Origin: Fidelibacterota bacterium
GTDB taxonomy: Bacteria; Fidelibacterota; Marinisomatia; Marinisomatales; TCS55
Assembly (NCBI GenBank): GCA_034658595.1
Contig: JAYEFG010000010.1
Span: 353-64,352 of the forward strand
Length of the DNA: 64,000 nucleotides
Reading direction: 5' to 3'
This document shows, piece by piece, positions 48,088-59,959 of the stretch; position 1 is the first letter of the stretch; every line of letters begins with the position of its first letter. The translations under genes were made by a program, and so were the position numbers. The notes under the pieces are model-generated. The model did no database searches. It was not told where the DNA came from and saw only the letters and a list, made by a program, of their open reading frames with translations.

Positions 48088-49007
48088 TCGTTTATGCCTT
48101 TCCCTGTAAGACTTAAGAACACATCTTCCAGCGAGGATTTCGTCGTTTCAACCCGCTGGATATGACATCCGGCTCTCGTGAGCGTATTAATAATATTTGG
48201 CAATGCTTCCTCCGGGTCTAGGGTGGTGAAATGAAGCCGTCCATCTTCCCGTGTATAGGTGAAATTTTTCAGACATGAATCAAGCTCTGAATCCGTATCC
48301 GTAACATTAATTGTAATGCCTGCCTTCCCAAGTTGACGGGTAAGTTCCTTAGGTGAGCCTTCAGTGATGAGGCGGCCTTTGTCAATAATTGCTACATTAT
48401 CACAGAGCATTTCCGCTTCTTCAATGTAATGGGTTGTGAGGAGGATCGTTTTGCCTGCTTCATGGAGTTCGCGAAAATACTGCCAGAGTTCGTGGCGCAG
48501 TTCAACATCCACACCGGCGGTAGGTTCATCTAAAATCAGGATTTTAGGATCGTGAACGAGTGCCTTGGCGATCTGGAACCGCCGTTTCATTCCACCGGAA
48601 AGTTGCCTAAGGCGTGATTCCCGTTTTTCTTCTAACCCTAATTTTGATAGCAATTCGTCAACGCGGTCTTTCGCTTTACCTTGGGTGATTCCATAATAAC
48701 CCGCTTGGAAATAAAGCAGCTTATCTAAAGGGAAAAACCAGTCCTGGGTAAACTCTTGGGCCGAGATTCCCACTTGGGAGCGGGTAAAACGATAATCTTT
48801 AACCGTATCTTTCCCAAAGATTTTTGTGTCACCCTCATTTTTCCGTACGAGGCCTGTGAGAATATTAATCGTGGTTGTTTTTCCGGCGCCGTTTGGCCCC
48901 AATAGTCCAAAAAATTCTCCGTCACCAATCGTAATATCAACCCCTTTCAGAGCGACAGTATCCTCGTAACTTTTTTTAAGATTCCGTATGGAAATAGCAG
49001 CTGTCAT
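48084..49007 (-). CDS. ABC transporter ATP-binding protein (YadG-like)
   Basis: Walker A GPNGAGKTT, signature LSGGMKRR, Walker B ILILDEP, plus a C-terminal accessory domain. Confidence 0.93.
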   Translation of the reverse strand: MTAAISIRNLKKSYEDTVALKGVDITIGDGEFFGLLGPNGAGKTTTINILTGLVRKNEGDTKIFGKDTVKDYRFTRSQVGISAQEFTQDWFFPLDKLLYFQAGYYGITQGKAKDRVDELLSKLGLEEKRESRLRQLSGGMKRRFQIAKALVHDPKILILDEPTAGVDVELRHELWQYFRELHEAGKTILLTTHYIEEAEMLCDNVAIIDKGRLITEGSPKELTRQLGKAGITINVTDTDSELDSCLKNFTYTREDGRLHFTTLDPEEALPNIINTLTRAGCHIQRVETTKSSLEDVFLSLTGKGINE

Positions 49008-49339
49008 TTATCTTCGATATCAAAGCCGATATGAGCGACAAATGGGTTGGGAAAATCAAATCCCTTAATACCGGGGAAGTGAACCACGGAGGCTATAAAC
49101 CCCCATGGGATTAACATAGAAGCAGTCACTTCTTTTTCGCCGGCGGGCTTACCATTTTTAATTATGGGCACTTGAAAAGATGGATGTTCAACCCACATAC
49201 CATATTCATCATACCCAACCACCTTAACATAAATTTTATTTTTCTCGATGCCCAATTCTTTTAGCGGATCATGGCCATCTAAGACGAGCAAAACCACATC
49301 GTCCATTATATCATCAATTTTCATGGGAGAGTTTTCCAT
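49004..49339 (-). CDS. small soluble hypothetical protein, first gene of the ABC-2 operon
   Basis: 111-aa ORF with no signal peptide. 4-nt overlap with the ATPase gene. Confidence 0.45.
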   Translation of the reverse strand: MENSPMKIDDIMDDVVLLVLDGHDPLKELGIEKNKIYVKVVGYDEYGMWVEHPSFQVPIIKNGKPAGEKEVTASMLIPWGFIASVVHFPGIKGFDFPNPFVAHIGFDIEDK

Positions 49340-49350
49340 AGCAGATTCCT

Positions 49351-50538
49351 TTAGTTTTGAATTATGATTTTATACACACCGCCATTATAATCAATAATAT
49401 ATAGTTCACCATCTGCATCTTCTCCGAAGGATGAAATATAGTTGGTGAATTCACCACCAGCGAGATTGATTTCTTCCGTACGGTTTTGGAATTCAACCGC
49501 TTTTCCATGCTCCACTTTAAAGGACCAAATATTCCCGGAACAGTAATCACCGAAAAAGTAAGTGCCTTGAAGCCCTTCAATTTGTTTTCCGCGGTAAACA
49601 TATCCCCCGGTGACAGAACATCCATCCACATCGGGCTGATCCATCCCTGTTAAAGTGCGCATATAATTAGCATCATTGGGATATTCAAGGATGGGGATCG
49701 TCAAACCGGTTTTGGGGCAATTTTCTTCGGGATCGTAGCAATGATTGGCTTCCATGATGCGCCAACCATAATTTACACCACCCCTGCTGCTGCCTGGTTC
49801 ATAGTTGACTTCCTCCCATTTATTCTGGCCCACATCGCCATAATAAATATCCCCATTTTCACGATCGAATGAAAACCGCCATACATTACGCAGCCCCCAG
49901 GCCCAGATTTCTCCTCGTTTGTTTTCTTGTCCATAGAACGGATTTGTTTCCGGTATACCATAGGGAGCTTGGTTAACATCTATGCGAATCACTTTCCCGA
50001 AAATGGTATTTAAATCCTGCCCCGCATTATTTGGATCCCCAGCCTTTCCGCCATCCCCAATAGTGATATACAGAAAGCCTTCGGGGCCAAAAGCCATGTG
50101 ACCGCCATTATGGTTGCCGTAGGGTTGTTTTAAGTCAAATAGAATTCGTTCGGATGTATGGTCAGCTTTTTTCTTATTTTGTGTTGTGAATTCTGACACC
50201 ACCGTGTAGCCTTCATTATTCATATAATTGATATAAAATTTACCGTTTTCCGTATGGTCTGGATGAAAGGCAAAGCCCAACAATCCCCGCTCATCCCCAG
50301 GGCGGCTTGGGTCTACCACCTGTTTTTTTATGTCAAGGAAAGGACTTTTAAGTTTTTTCCCATTCTGGATAATCATAATCCTGCCCGCCTGTTCCACCAC
50401 ATAAAGTAGATTGGCATCGGTAGGGTAGGATGTGACATAAAGTGGTTTTTTAAATCCATCGGCAATCTGAACTGATGAAAGCAATGGCATTTGGCCGATT
50501 AATAGAATAGGAAAAATGAATAGGATTAGTTTTAACAT
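49351..50538 (-). CDS. PQQ-dependent sugar dehydrogenase (soluble glucose/sorbosone dehydrogenase family)
   Basis: HNGGHMAFGPEGFLYITIGDGG, WAWGLRNVWRFSFD. Start moved to ATG 50538 (MLKLILFIFPILLIGQ signal). Confidence 0.85.
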   Translation of the reverse strand: MLKLILFIFPILLIGQMPLLSSVQIADGFKKPLYVTSYPTDANLLYVVEQAGRIMIIQNGKKLKSPFLDIKKQVVDPSRPGDERGLLGFAFHPDHTENGKFYINYMNNEGYTVVSEFTTQNKKKADHTSERILFDLKQPYGNHNGGHMAFGPEGFLYITIGDGGKAGDPNNAGQDLNTIFGKVIRIDVNQAPYGIPETNPFYGQENKRGEIWAWGLRNVWRFSFDRENGDIYYGDVGQNKWEEVNYEPGSSRGGVNYGWRIMEANHCYDPEENCPKTGLTIPILEYPNDANYMRTLTGMDQPDVDGCSVTGGYVYRGKQIEGLQGTYFFGDYCSGNIWSFKVEHGKAVEFQNRTEEINLAGGEFTNYISSFGEDADGELYIIDYNGGVYKIIIQN

Positions 50539-50661
50539 ATGGGAAATTAACAAAAGATTATCAAAGTCTTCTGACTTTGATTCGGGGTCAGAAAACCCCA
50601 AGATATCCTTTAATTATATTTTTTGTTAATAAATCTGAATTCATCAAATCTCATTGATTTG

Positions 50662-53686
<3,025 letters not shown>

Positions 53687-53714
53687 GAGAAGAAAGTGAT
53701 TGATCGTTAAGACC

Positions 53715-54137
53715 TCAAGTTGAAGTAAAGGTGATACACTTTTTATACCAATGGTCGTAGGTGATCTGTTTGCGGATCATATAATCTGCTGTACAACGGG
53801 CATTGGCTTCACAAACATCGGCGCCCTTTCCGCGGATGTCATAGTGCATCACCACCACATATTTTTTAAAGGGCTTTTTGGCATATTGGCCCATATTGGC
53901 CAGGGCGGAAACGGCAAAGCTTAAATCTTCGCTGGAACGATTTCGATCCGCTAAAATTTCAACATGATAAACCCGTTGACCGCCATCCATGTAGATTTTG
54001 AGTCCAGTTAATTTGGGCGCCGTATGATTCCGCGCAAAATATTGAGGCGTCATGGCGGCGATTTGCCTATCTGAAAACTTTGGCTTGGCGGACACGATGG
54101 ATGATATGGCCAAAAGTAATGTTATAAACAGTTTCAT
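53715..54137 (-). CDS. secreted hypothetical protein
   Basis: 140 aa with signal peptide MKLFITLLLAISSIVSA and a CEANARC pair plus one further Cys. Confidence 0.45.
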   Translation of the reverse strand: MKLFITLLLAISSIVSAKPKFSDRQIAAMTPQYFARNHTAPKLTGLKIYMDGGQRVYHVEILADRNRSSEDLSFAVSALANMGQYAKKPFKKYVVVMHYDIRGKGADVCEANARCTADYMIRKQITYDHWYKKCITFTST

Positions 54138-55147
54138 GTTATTTTCCTTTTTTTGGAGATGAAAATTAAACCAATCAGTATGACCAAAGCACTGATGAGG
54201 ATTGCCATTTGAACTCTTTTTGGATGATATATGATGGAGGCTGCTTCTATAACATAATCATCATTGAGAAAATCTTCATAATTGAAAGACCACCATAAGG
54301 TATCACTCAATATAGAATCAGCGTTGGAGCGGGTGATAGCACCGGGGAGAATTCCGGCAAATTTAAATGTATCATCATTAAGTCCCACCGTCACATTGGC
54401 TTCATCGATGTAAGGGTGCATGGCATTCATACAAGCCACTGAGAAATTTTTAGGAAGGTCATCTGAAAAAGGTTTAAAGTTGATTTCAATCAAATCCCGG
54501 GGAAGGAAAAATATATCTTCCCTGTCATCATCTTTGTCCATTACGCCGAATAAATTGCCTTCTTCTTCCGCTTTATGAAATACACCACGGAAATGATTCA
54601 GGATGCGCTCTTTTAATAAATCATCAATGGACATTTCTTCCTTTAGATCATCCATCCCCATGCGTAAACAGTACATAATGATTTCTGTTTCAACAATTTT
54701 GTCGGTGGAGTCGTTGCCAGCATCCCGCATGGATTTGGCCAATAATGGGTATTTTTGACTTACGCGCCTTCCTTTAAATATTTGGTTGAGGGAATAGGTT
54801 GTGGAAAACAGCCCATCGTTTTTTATAATAGTAACCGGATGTCGTTGGGGTGCAGGGCCATCAGTTTCCGGATGAAAAACAGTTGGTCCTTTTAAAACAG
54901 CTTCGGAATTGATTATGTGAACGGTTTCATTGCTGTCTTCTTTTCCCTTTTCAATAATTTCTGAAGCCCATGGGTTTTTCATGGGAAGCGGAAAATCATC
55001 GTCGAAAACATCCTTTTTATCGCCTTCAGTATGAAATTTCATATGGTATTTCCCATCAGGGAATACACGGACGGTAATTAATGTTTCAACACACTGCATC
55101 GAAAAGAAAGCAGTGAAAAATAAGAGAATGATTTTGAGCTTCCGCAT
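54134..55147 (-). CDS. hypothetical envelope protein with N-terminal signal and C-terminal TM anchor
   Basis: 337 aa with MRKLKIILLFFTAFFSMQC at the N-terminus and a C-terminal helix MAILISALVILIGLIFISKKRK. Confidence 0.45.
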   Translation of the reverse strand: MRKLKIILLFFTAFFSMQCVETLITVRVFPDGKYHMKFHTEGDKKDVFDDDFPLPMKNPWASEIIEKGKEDSNETVHIINSEAVLKGPTVFHPETDGPAPQRHPVTIIKNDGLFSTTYSLNQIFKGRRVSQKYPLLAKSMRDAGNDSTDKIVETEIIMYCLRMGMDDLKEEMSIDDLLKERILNHFRGVFHKAEEEGNLFGVMDKDDDREDIFFLPRDLIEINFKPFSDDLPKNFSVACMNAMHPYIDEANVTVGLNDDTFKFAGILPGAITRSNADSILSDTLWWSFNYEDFLNDDYVIEAASIIYHPKRVQMAILISALVILIGLIFISKKRKIT

Positions 55148-55183
55148 GGGTATAATTTACGTGAATCAGGAAGGGTTAAAAAC

Positions 55184-55212
55184 AAAAAGGGCCACCAAAG
55201 TGACCCTTTTTT
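55184..55212 (-). terminator. bidirectional-type hairpin terminator downstream of the TPR/SLH gene
   Basis: GGGCCAC (55189-55195) / GTGACCC (55200-55206) with one mismatch, flanked by A5 and T6 runs. Confidence 0.6.
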
Positions 55213-55230
55213 CATTAATATAAATTCAGG

Positions 55231-56355
55231 TTAAAACGTCATCCGTAAGGATGTCTGCAATGTGCGGATGATAAGTAGCGCATCGGCACCGGTCACATCA
55301 CCAGTTGGCTCAAACCGGCCTGTGATCATATCGGCCTGCATAATGCCTCGCTCAGCACAAAGGGCCATGGCGTTGTAAGCAAAATGGCTACTGGGCACAT
55401 CACTGAAACGACTTTGGGCTTCGCCGAAATAACGTGTTTCAAGGCTTTCATCCCGGGTTGCAACAACCAAAAGCCGCTGGACGGCCATTGCGTAGGTGGC
55501 ACGGTTGATATTATCATCGGGATAAAAATTGCCGTCAGGTTCAACATCCATGATGCCATAGCGGATCATATCTTTGATCCATGTTTCGGCCCAGTGGCCA
55601 TTGGCATCATTGGGGGTAGTTATTGTTGCTGTTTGTGCTGCCTGCCCCGGTGTTTGAAATCCGGCATTTTGTGCCGGCATCCGGTCAAACAAGATACCAA
55701 TTTTTAATTCTTCAGCGAACAAGACCGCCAGATCCGAGCGATTGATCCTTTCTTTCAATGCCACCTTTTTACCGACGGGAGTTCCGGGCATGGCACGGAC
55801 AATTTTTTGAGCCAATTTCCACTTCGAATCCGCTTTACCCGCATAATCGCCCCGTTTATTTACCACTTTACGGAAATAGCTTTCTGCTTCGTCAAATTGA
55901 TAATTATAGAGGTGGGCGACACCGAACCAATATTGGGCACCTTCATGTTCTTTATCCCGTTTCAGTGCTTTTTCAAGATGAGACTCGGCCCGCTTGAACC
56001 ACTTTTTCTCCGAATCTCGCAGAGTGATCCAAACCTGGGCGCTTAGGGAAAGTGCTTCCGGATCCTTGGATCCGCGGCTGGCACATTTGGAAGCAAAATC
56101 TTTTGCCTGTTTGTTGTTCCCAAGATGGGCATTGGCCAGGCCAAGTCCACCGTATCCCAGGGCAAACTTTTTATCCAGGTCAACCGATCGCTGGAAGGAC
56201 TTGATCGCCTGCTGATAATCGCCGTTATTGATGGCGCGCATACCGGCTTTATAATGGTATTCAGGTGTATCCATATCACTTTCGGGCGGCGCTGCGCAGG
56301 AAGCAAGCAATAATAGGGTAAAAACAGTTAGTAATGATCGATGTTTTTTAAGCAT
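55231..56355 (-). CDS. lipoprotein with TPR repeats and two C-terminal SLH (S-layer homology) domains
   Basis: Start moved to ATG 56355 (MLKKHRSLLTVFTLLLLASC). TPR-like helices in the N-terminal half. SLH-like blocks GHWAETWIKDMIRYGIMDVEPDGNFYPDDNINRATYAMAV and FSDVPSSHFAYNAMALCAERGIMQ...FEPTGDVTGADALLII. Confidence 0.6.
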   Translation of the reverse strand: MLKKHRSLLTVFTLLLLASCAAPPESDMDTPEYHYKAGMRAINNGDYQQAIKSFQRSVDLDKKFALGYGGLGLANAHLGNNKQAKDFASKCASRGSKDPEALSLSAQVWITLRDSEKKWFKRAESHLEKALKRDKEHEGAQYWFGVAHLYNYQFDEAESYFRKVVNKRGDYAGKADSKWKLAQKIVRAMPGTPVGKKVALKERINRSDLAVLFAEELKIGILFDRMPAQNAGFQTPGQAAQTATITTPNDANGHWAETWIKDMIRYGIMDVEPDGNFYPDDNINRATYAMAVQRLLVVATRDESLETRYFGEAQSRFSDVPSSHFAYNAMALCAERGIMQADMITGRFEPTGDVTGADALLIIRTLQTSLRMTF

Positions 56356-56524
56356 AATGAACTCCTCGAAAAGATTATTCGCCATGAATATACCTTTTTT
56401 CGAACATAAATGGAAATAACATGAATTGGCTGATTTGATTCAGACCACACTATTACTCAATAATTATTGCTTCACGGCGTTGAATTGGATAATTTACCCC
56501 GTAACTGTGCACAAATAAAATCGT

Positions 56525-57646
56525 ATGGATATGTTAAAAATCTTATATAAAATTATTGGAATCTTATGCCTGGTGGGTTTAACTGCCCTACAGGGACAAG
56601 CCCTCACAGCCACCGGAACCGGTTATGGCCTTACCAAGGATGCCGCCACAGAGCAGGCAAAACGGGATGCCGTTGAACAGGGTCTGGGGGCCTACATGAC
56701 CTCAACAACAACCGTAACCGCCACCTCGATTGAAGATAATATTTATTCCAAAGCACAAGGGTTTGTGAAATCTTTCAAGGTTACCAGAGAAAGCCAGGGA
56801 CCTGATGGGAACTGGGAAATCACCATTGAAGCCCAAGTCACGGATATGATTGACCAGGTTATGGCGGATGAAGCAGCCCTGCAAACCCTGCTCAATGCCA
56901 TGAATCGCCCCAGGATCATTTTTATGGTGCGTGAAGAAAATTTGATTGATAACACTCCCACGGATTTCGCTGAAACAAAGCTGTTAGCCATGTTCTACGA
57001 AAAAGGCTTTGACGTGGTGGACCGCCAGATGGTCCAAGCATTGAAAGGTAATGCAGATTATAGCCAGGCCTTGGCAGGGAATGTATCCGCCGCCGCCAAA
57101 ATCGCCAGCCAGTTGGGTGCAGAAGTAATTGTAATTGGTACGGCAAAAATATCTTCCGGCGGTAAAATTTATAATATGACCGCGGGTCAAGCAGATTTAA
57201 ATGCTAAGATCATCCGGGCTGACACGGGTGAAATTCTTGCTGTTGTGCCCCAGGCTCGAGGGAAAAAACCCCATATTTCTGCAACGACAGCCGGTATTAA
57301 TGCGGTAAATCAGGCGGCAGAAGTTTTGGGGAAAAATATTATTTCCCAATTGGTGATCAAGTGGAGCACCCAACAAGCAAACTTTATAAAAGTTTATATT
57401 GTGCTGAAAGGCGCTGATTTTATGTCCTACATGACATTTGAATCTTTCTTAAAAGCGCAGACTGTTTCCGGAATTCGGAATGCCTACGCTAAAAGTCTCA
57501 ATGACGGCGTGGCAGAATATGAAGTGGAATTTGAAGGGAAATCCCAAGCCCTGGCTATGGGTCTTTCCCAAACCAGTCCCGATGGGTTGAATTTTAGAGT
57601 CACCGGTCTAACCGGGAATCGTATCACAGCAGAAGTTGTACAATGA
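56525..57646 (+). CDS. FlgT-like periplasmic protein (LPP20-like N-domain plus TolB-N/CsgG-like alpha/beta domain)
   Basis: Signal peptide. N-block TATGTGYGLTKDAATEQAKRDAVEQGLGAY. Middle block RPRIIFMVRE...FDVVDRQMVQAL...EVIVIGTAKIS. Confidence 0.45.
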   Translation: MDMLKILYKIIGILCLVGLTALQGQALTATGTGYGLTKDAATEQAKRDAVEQGLGAYMTSTTTVTATSIEDNIYSKAQGFVKSFKVTRESQGPDGNWEITIEAQVTDMIDQVMADEAALQTLLNAMNRPRIIFMVREENLIDNTPTDFAETKLLAMFYEKGFDVVDRQMVQALKGNADYSQALAGNVSAAAKIASQLGAEVIVIGTAKISSGGKIYNMTAGQADLNAKIIRADTGEILAVVPQARGKKPHISATTAGINAVNQAAEVLGKNIISQLVIKWSTQQANFIKVYIVLKGADFMSYMTFESFLKAQTVSGIRNAYAKSLNDGVAEYEVEFEGKSQALAMGLSQTSPDGLNFRVTGLTGNRITAEVVQ

Positions 57647-58470
57647 TGAGGCATCCTATGAAAAAATTAATCGGATTATCCGCAATCGTATTCAGTATGG
57701 CCTTTTCCCAAGGCGTGGTTACACAACTGGATAAAGGCAGCATCAACTATTCAGAACAAACCATTGCCGCCATCGGCATTGGATTTGTCCCCCAAAATGC
57801 CATCAATGCAGGCCAAGCACGGCGCATGGCTTTGAGGATTGCCAAACAAGACGCATTGCGGCAACTGATTGAAATTGTTAATGGTGTAACCCTAACCAGC
57901 GAAACAACCATGAGTGGTGCAATGGTAGATGATGTGATTAATACCAAAGTTAGGGGATTTATCCGTGGTGCCCGTCAGGTAGGAGCACCAAAATATTTGA
58001 GTGACACATCTGTCGAAGTGGAATATTCTGTTCCCATGAGTGGTATTTCTGATATAATGCTTCCGCCAATAACGATTGCTGCGGCCCAGCCCGGTGCGCC
58101 GACAGAGGCGGCCACAACACCAACAACCGGGGGAATTACCGGTGTGATCATTGATGCCCGCGGACTGAAAGCCCGACCAGCCATGGCACCAAGAATTTTG
58201 GACCAAAACGGCAATGCGATTTACGGTCCCGGGACCTACAGTCGTGAATACGCAGTAACCAATGGTGTTGCCGGTTATTCAAAATCCATTGAAGCGGCCC
58301 AGAAGGATCCGCGGGTTTTGGGGAATCCCTTGGTGGTTAAAGGTGTTTCAACTTCCGGTAAAAACAGGACCGATGTTGTCATCAGCAATGCAGATGTTTC
58401 AAAAATTGATGCGGCCAATCGCAGTTATAATGTACTGAAGGATTGCCGTGTATTGATCCTGCTGGATTAG
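57643..58470 (+). CDS. LPP20 family (FlgP-like) protein
   Basis: Signal peptide. The block IAAIGIGFVPQNAINAGQARRMALRIAKQDALRQLIEIVNGV is typical of LPP20-type lipoproteins. Second domain GVIIDARGLKARPAMAPRILDQNGNAIYG. 4-nt overlap with the upstream gene. Confidence 0.55.
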   Translation: MMRHPMKKLIGLSAIVFSMAFSQGVVTQLDKGSINYSEQTIAAIGIGFVPQNAINAGQARRMALRIAKQDALRQLIEIVNGVTLTSETTMSGAMVDDVINTKVRGFIRGARQVGAPKYLSDTSVEVEYSVPMSGISDIMLPPITIAAAQPGAPTEAATTPTTGGITGVIIDARGLKARPAMAPRILDQNGNAIYGPGTYSREYAVTNGVAGYSKSIEAAQKDPRVLGNPLVVKGVSTSGKNRTDVVISNADVSKIDAANRSYNVLKDCRVLILLD

Positions 58471-58503
58471 ACAGATTTATAGCAACTAAATAGAAGGGTA
58501 AAG

Positions 58504-59160
58504 ATGCGGAATAGCATGAGATTCAAATCAATCTCATTTATAATTATTGGATTATTTACAGGATTGCTTATGGCGCAGGAAGAAGCCGTAAACAAGGCCA
58601 TGGAAAAGGACAATAGAGACCTTAAGGCGGGGGATATTGCCCCATCCTGGGCCTTAATGTATGCTCCCGGTCAGTTTGAATTCCTGAAAAACTGGTCTGA
58701 AGAAGATGGGAAAAGACTCAGAAAGTTCACCACCCAGCCGGACAGAAACGCCGTACTTATGAGTTTCTTTGCAACTTGGTGTCAACCTTGTATGAAGGAA
58801 TTGCCCCTACTTGAAGAAGTATACCAGCAATATAAAGATGAACGCATCAAATTCTTTTTGGTGGATATTACGGAAGCCACCCGCACTATTCCCGGAAATG
58901 AGAATTTACCAAAGGCAGGTCCCTTCCTGCGTGAGAAAGGGGTAACCATGCAGATTTTATATGATACAAGGGGGACAGTTATGAAGCGCTATAATGCACA
59001 AACATTACCTCGATTATTTATTATGGACGGCAACCGCAAAATCACCTTAACCCGGCGGGGATTCCATGAAGGTGAAGAAGAAATATTTAAAAAAGATTTA
59101 TCAGTCGAAATTGAACGACTTTTAGCGGATTTACCTCCGCCAAAAAATGAAACAAAGTAA
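58504..59160 (+). CDS. TlpA/ResA-like periplasmic thiol:disulfide oxidoreductase
   Basis: Membrane/signal anchor, thioredoxin fold with ATWCQPC (CxxC). Confidence 0.8.
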   Translation: MRNSMRFKSISFIIIGLFTGLLMAQEEAVNKAMEKDNRDLKAGDIAPSWALMYAPGQFEFLKNWSEEDGKRLRKFTTQPDRNAVLMSFFATWCQPCMKELPLLEEVYQQYKDERIKFFLVDITEATRTIPGNENLPKAGPFLREKGVTMQILYDTRGTVMKRYNAQTLPRLFIMDGNRKITLTRRGFHEGEEEIFKKDLSVEIERLLADLPPPKNETK

Positions 59161-59227
59161 GTTGTGAGCCAGCCCACAGGGAAATACCTTGTGGATTTGT
59201 TAAACTTTAGTTAGAAGTGAGCCAATT

Positions 59228-59956
59228 ATGAGGGTATTAAAGAGATCCACCATTTGGTTTGTGGTGTTGAGTATTGTTTGGGGGCAAACACCGGGAACCC
59301 AATCCGTGATAAATGCAGAAACGTCTGCCCAGTTGGCGGAAGGCAAACAAACCGTCGCTGTCTTGGACTTTGAGGGCCGGGGTATATCCCAGATGGAAGC
59401 AGCCACACTCACAGACCGTCTTATGAGTGAAATGGTTTCAACCGATGCGGTCATAATGGTAGAGCGCAACCAGATGAATGAAATCCTGGAGGAACAGGGA
59501 CTGCAGCAAGCGGGCTGTACCTCTGCAGAATGTGCCGCTGAAGTGGGGGCCCTGCTGGGCGTACAGAGCATGATTTCCGGTTCCTTCGGTAAATTGGGTA
59601 ATACCTATACGGTAGATGCCAAAATGTTTTCCGTGGAAACGGGTCAGACCACGCGCAGTGTAAGCAAGACCTATAAGGGGGAGGTGGATGGATTATTGCC
59701 CATCATTGAAGTTGTTGCTTGGGAACTGGTGGGGCTCCAGGCGCCGGCAGACCTATTAGCCAGGGCAGGTCAGGCGGCACCTCAAGTTGCAGAGGTGAAG
59801 CCCAAGAAAGAAAGAAAACCCATGAGCAAAGGGGCCAAGCGCACCATGTGGACTGTATTGATTTTAGGCGGCGGCCTTGGGGGCGCTTATGCTGCGGGCT
59901 TGTTTGATGCTAAACCGGTTCCATTGCCTGAGCCACCAACCCTGCCGGAGGGTTAA
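59228..59956 (+). CDS. CsgG/FlgO/LpoB-like periplasmic domain protein with C-terminal TM anchor
   Basis: Signal peptide, VAVLDFEGRG...VERNQMNEILEEQGLQQAGCTSAECAAEVG block, Pro/Lys linker, C-terminal helix MWTVLILGGGLGGAYAAGLF. Confidence 0.45.
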   Translation: MRVLKRSTIWFVVLSIVWGQTPGTQSVINAETSAQLAEGKQTVAVLDFEGRGISQMEAATLTDRLMSEMVSTDAVIMVERNQMNEILEEQGLQQAGCTSAECAAEVGALLGVQSMISGSFGKLGNTYTVDAKMFSVETGQTTRSVSKTYKGEVDGLLPIIEVVAWELVGLQAPADLLARAGQAAPQVAEVKPKKERKPMSKGAKRTMWTVLILGGGLGGAYAAGLFDAKPVPLPEPPTLPEG

Positions 59957-59959
59957 GCC

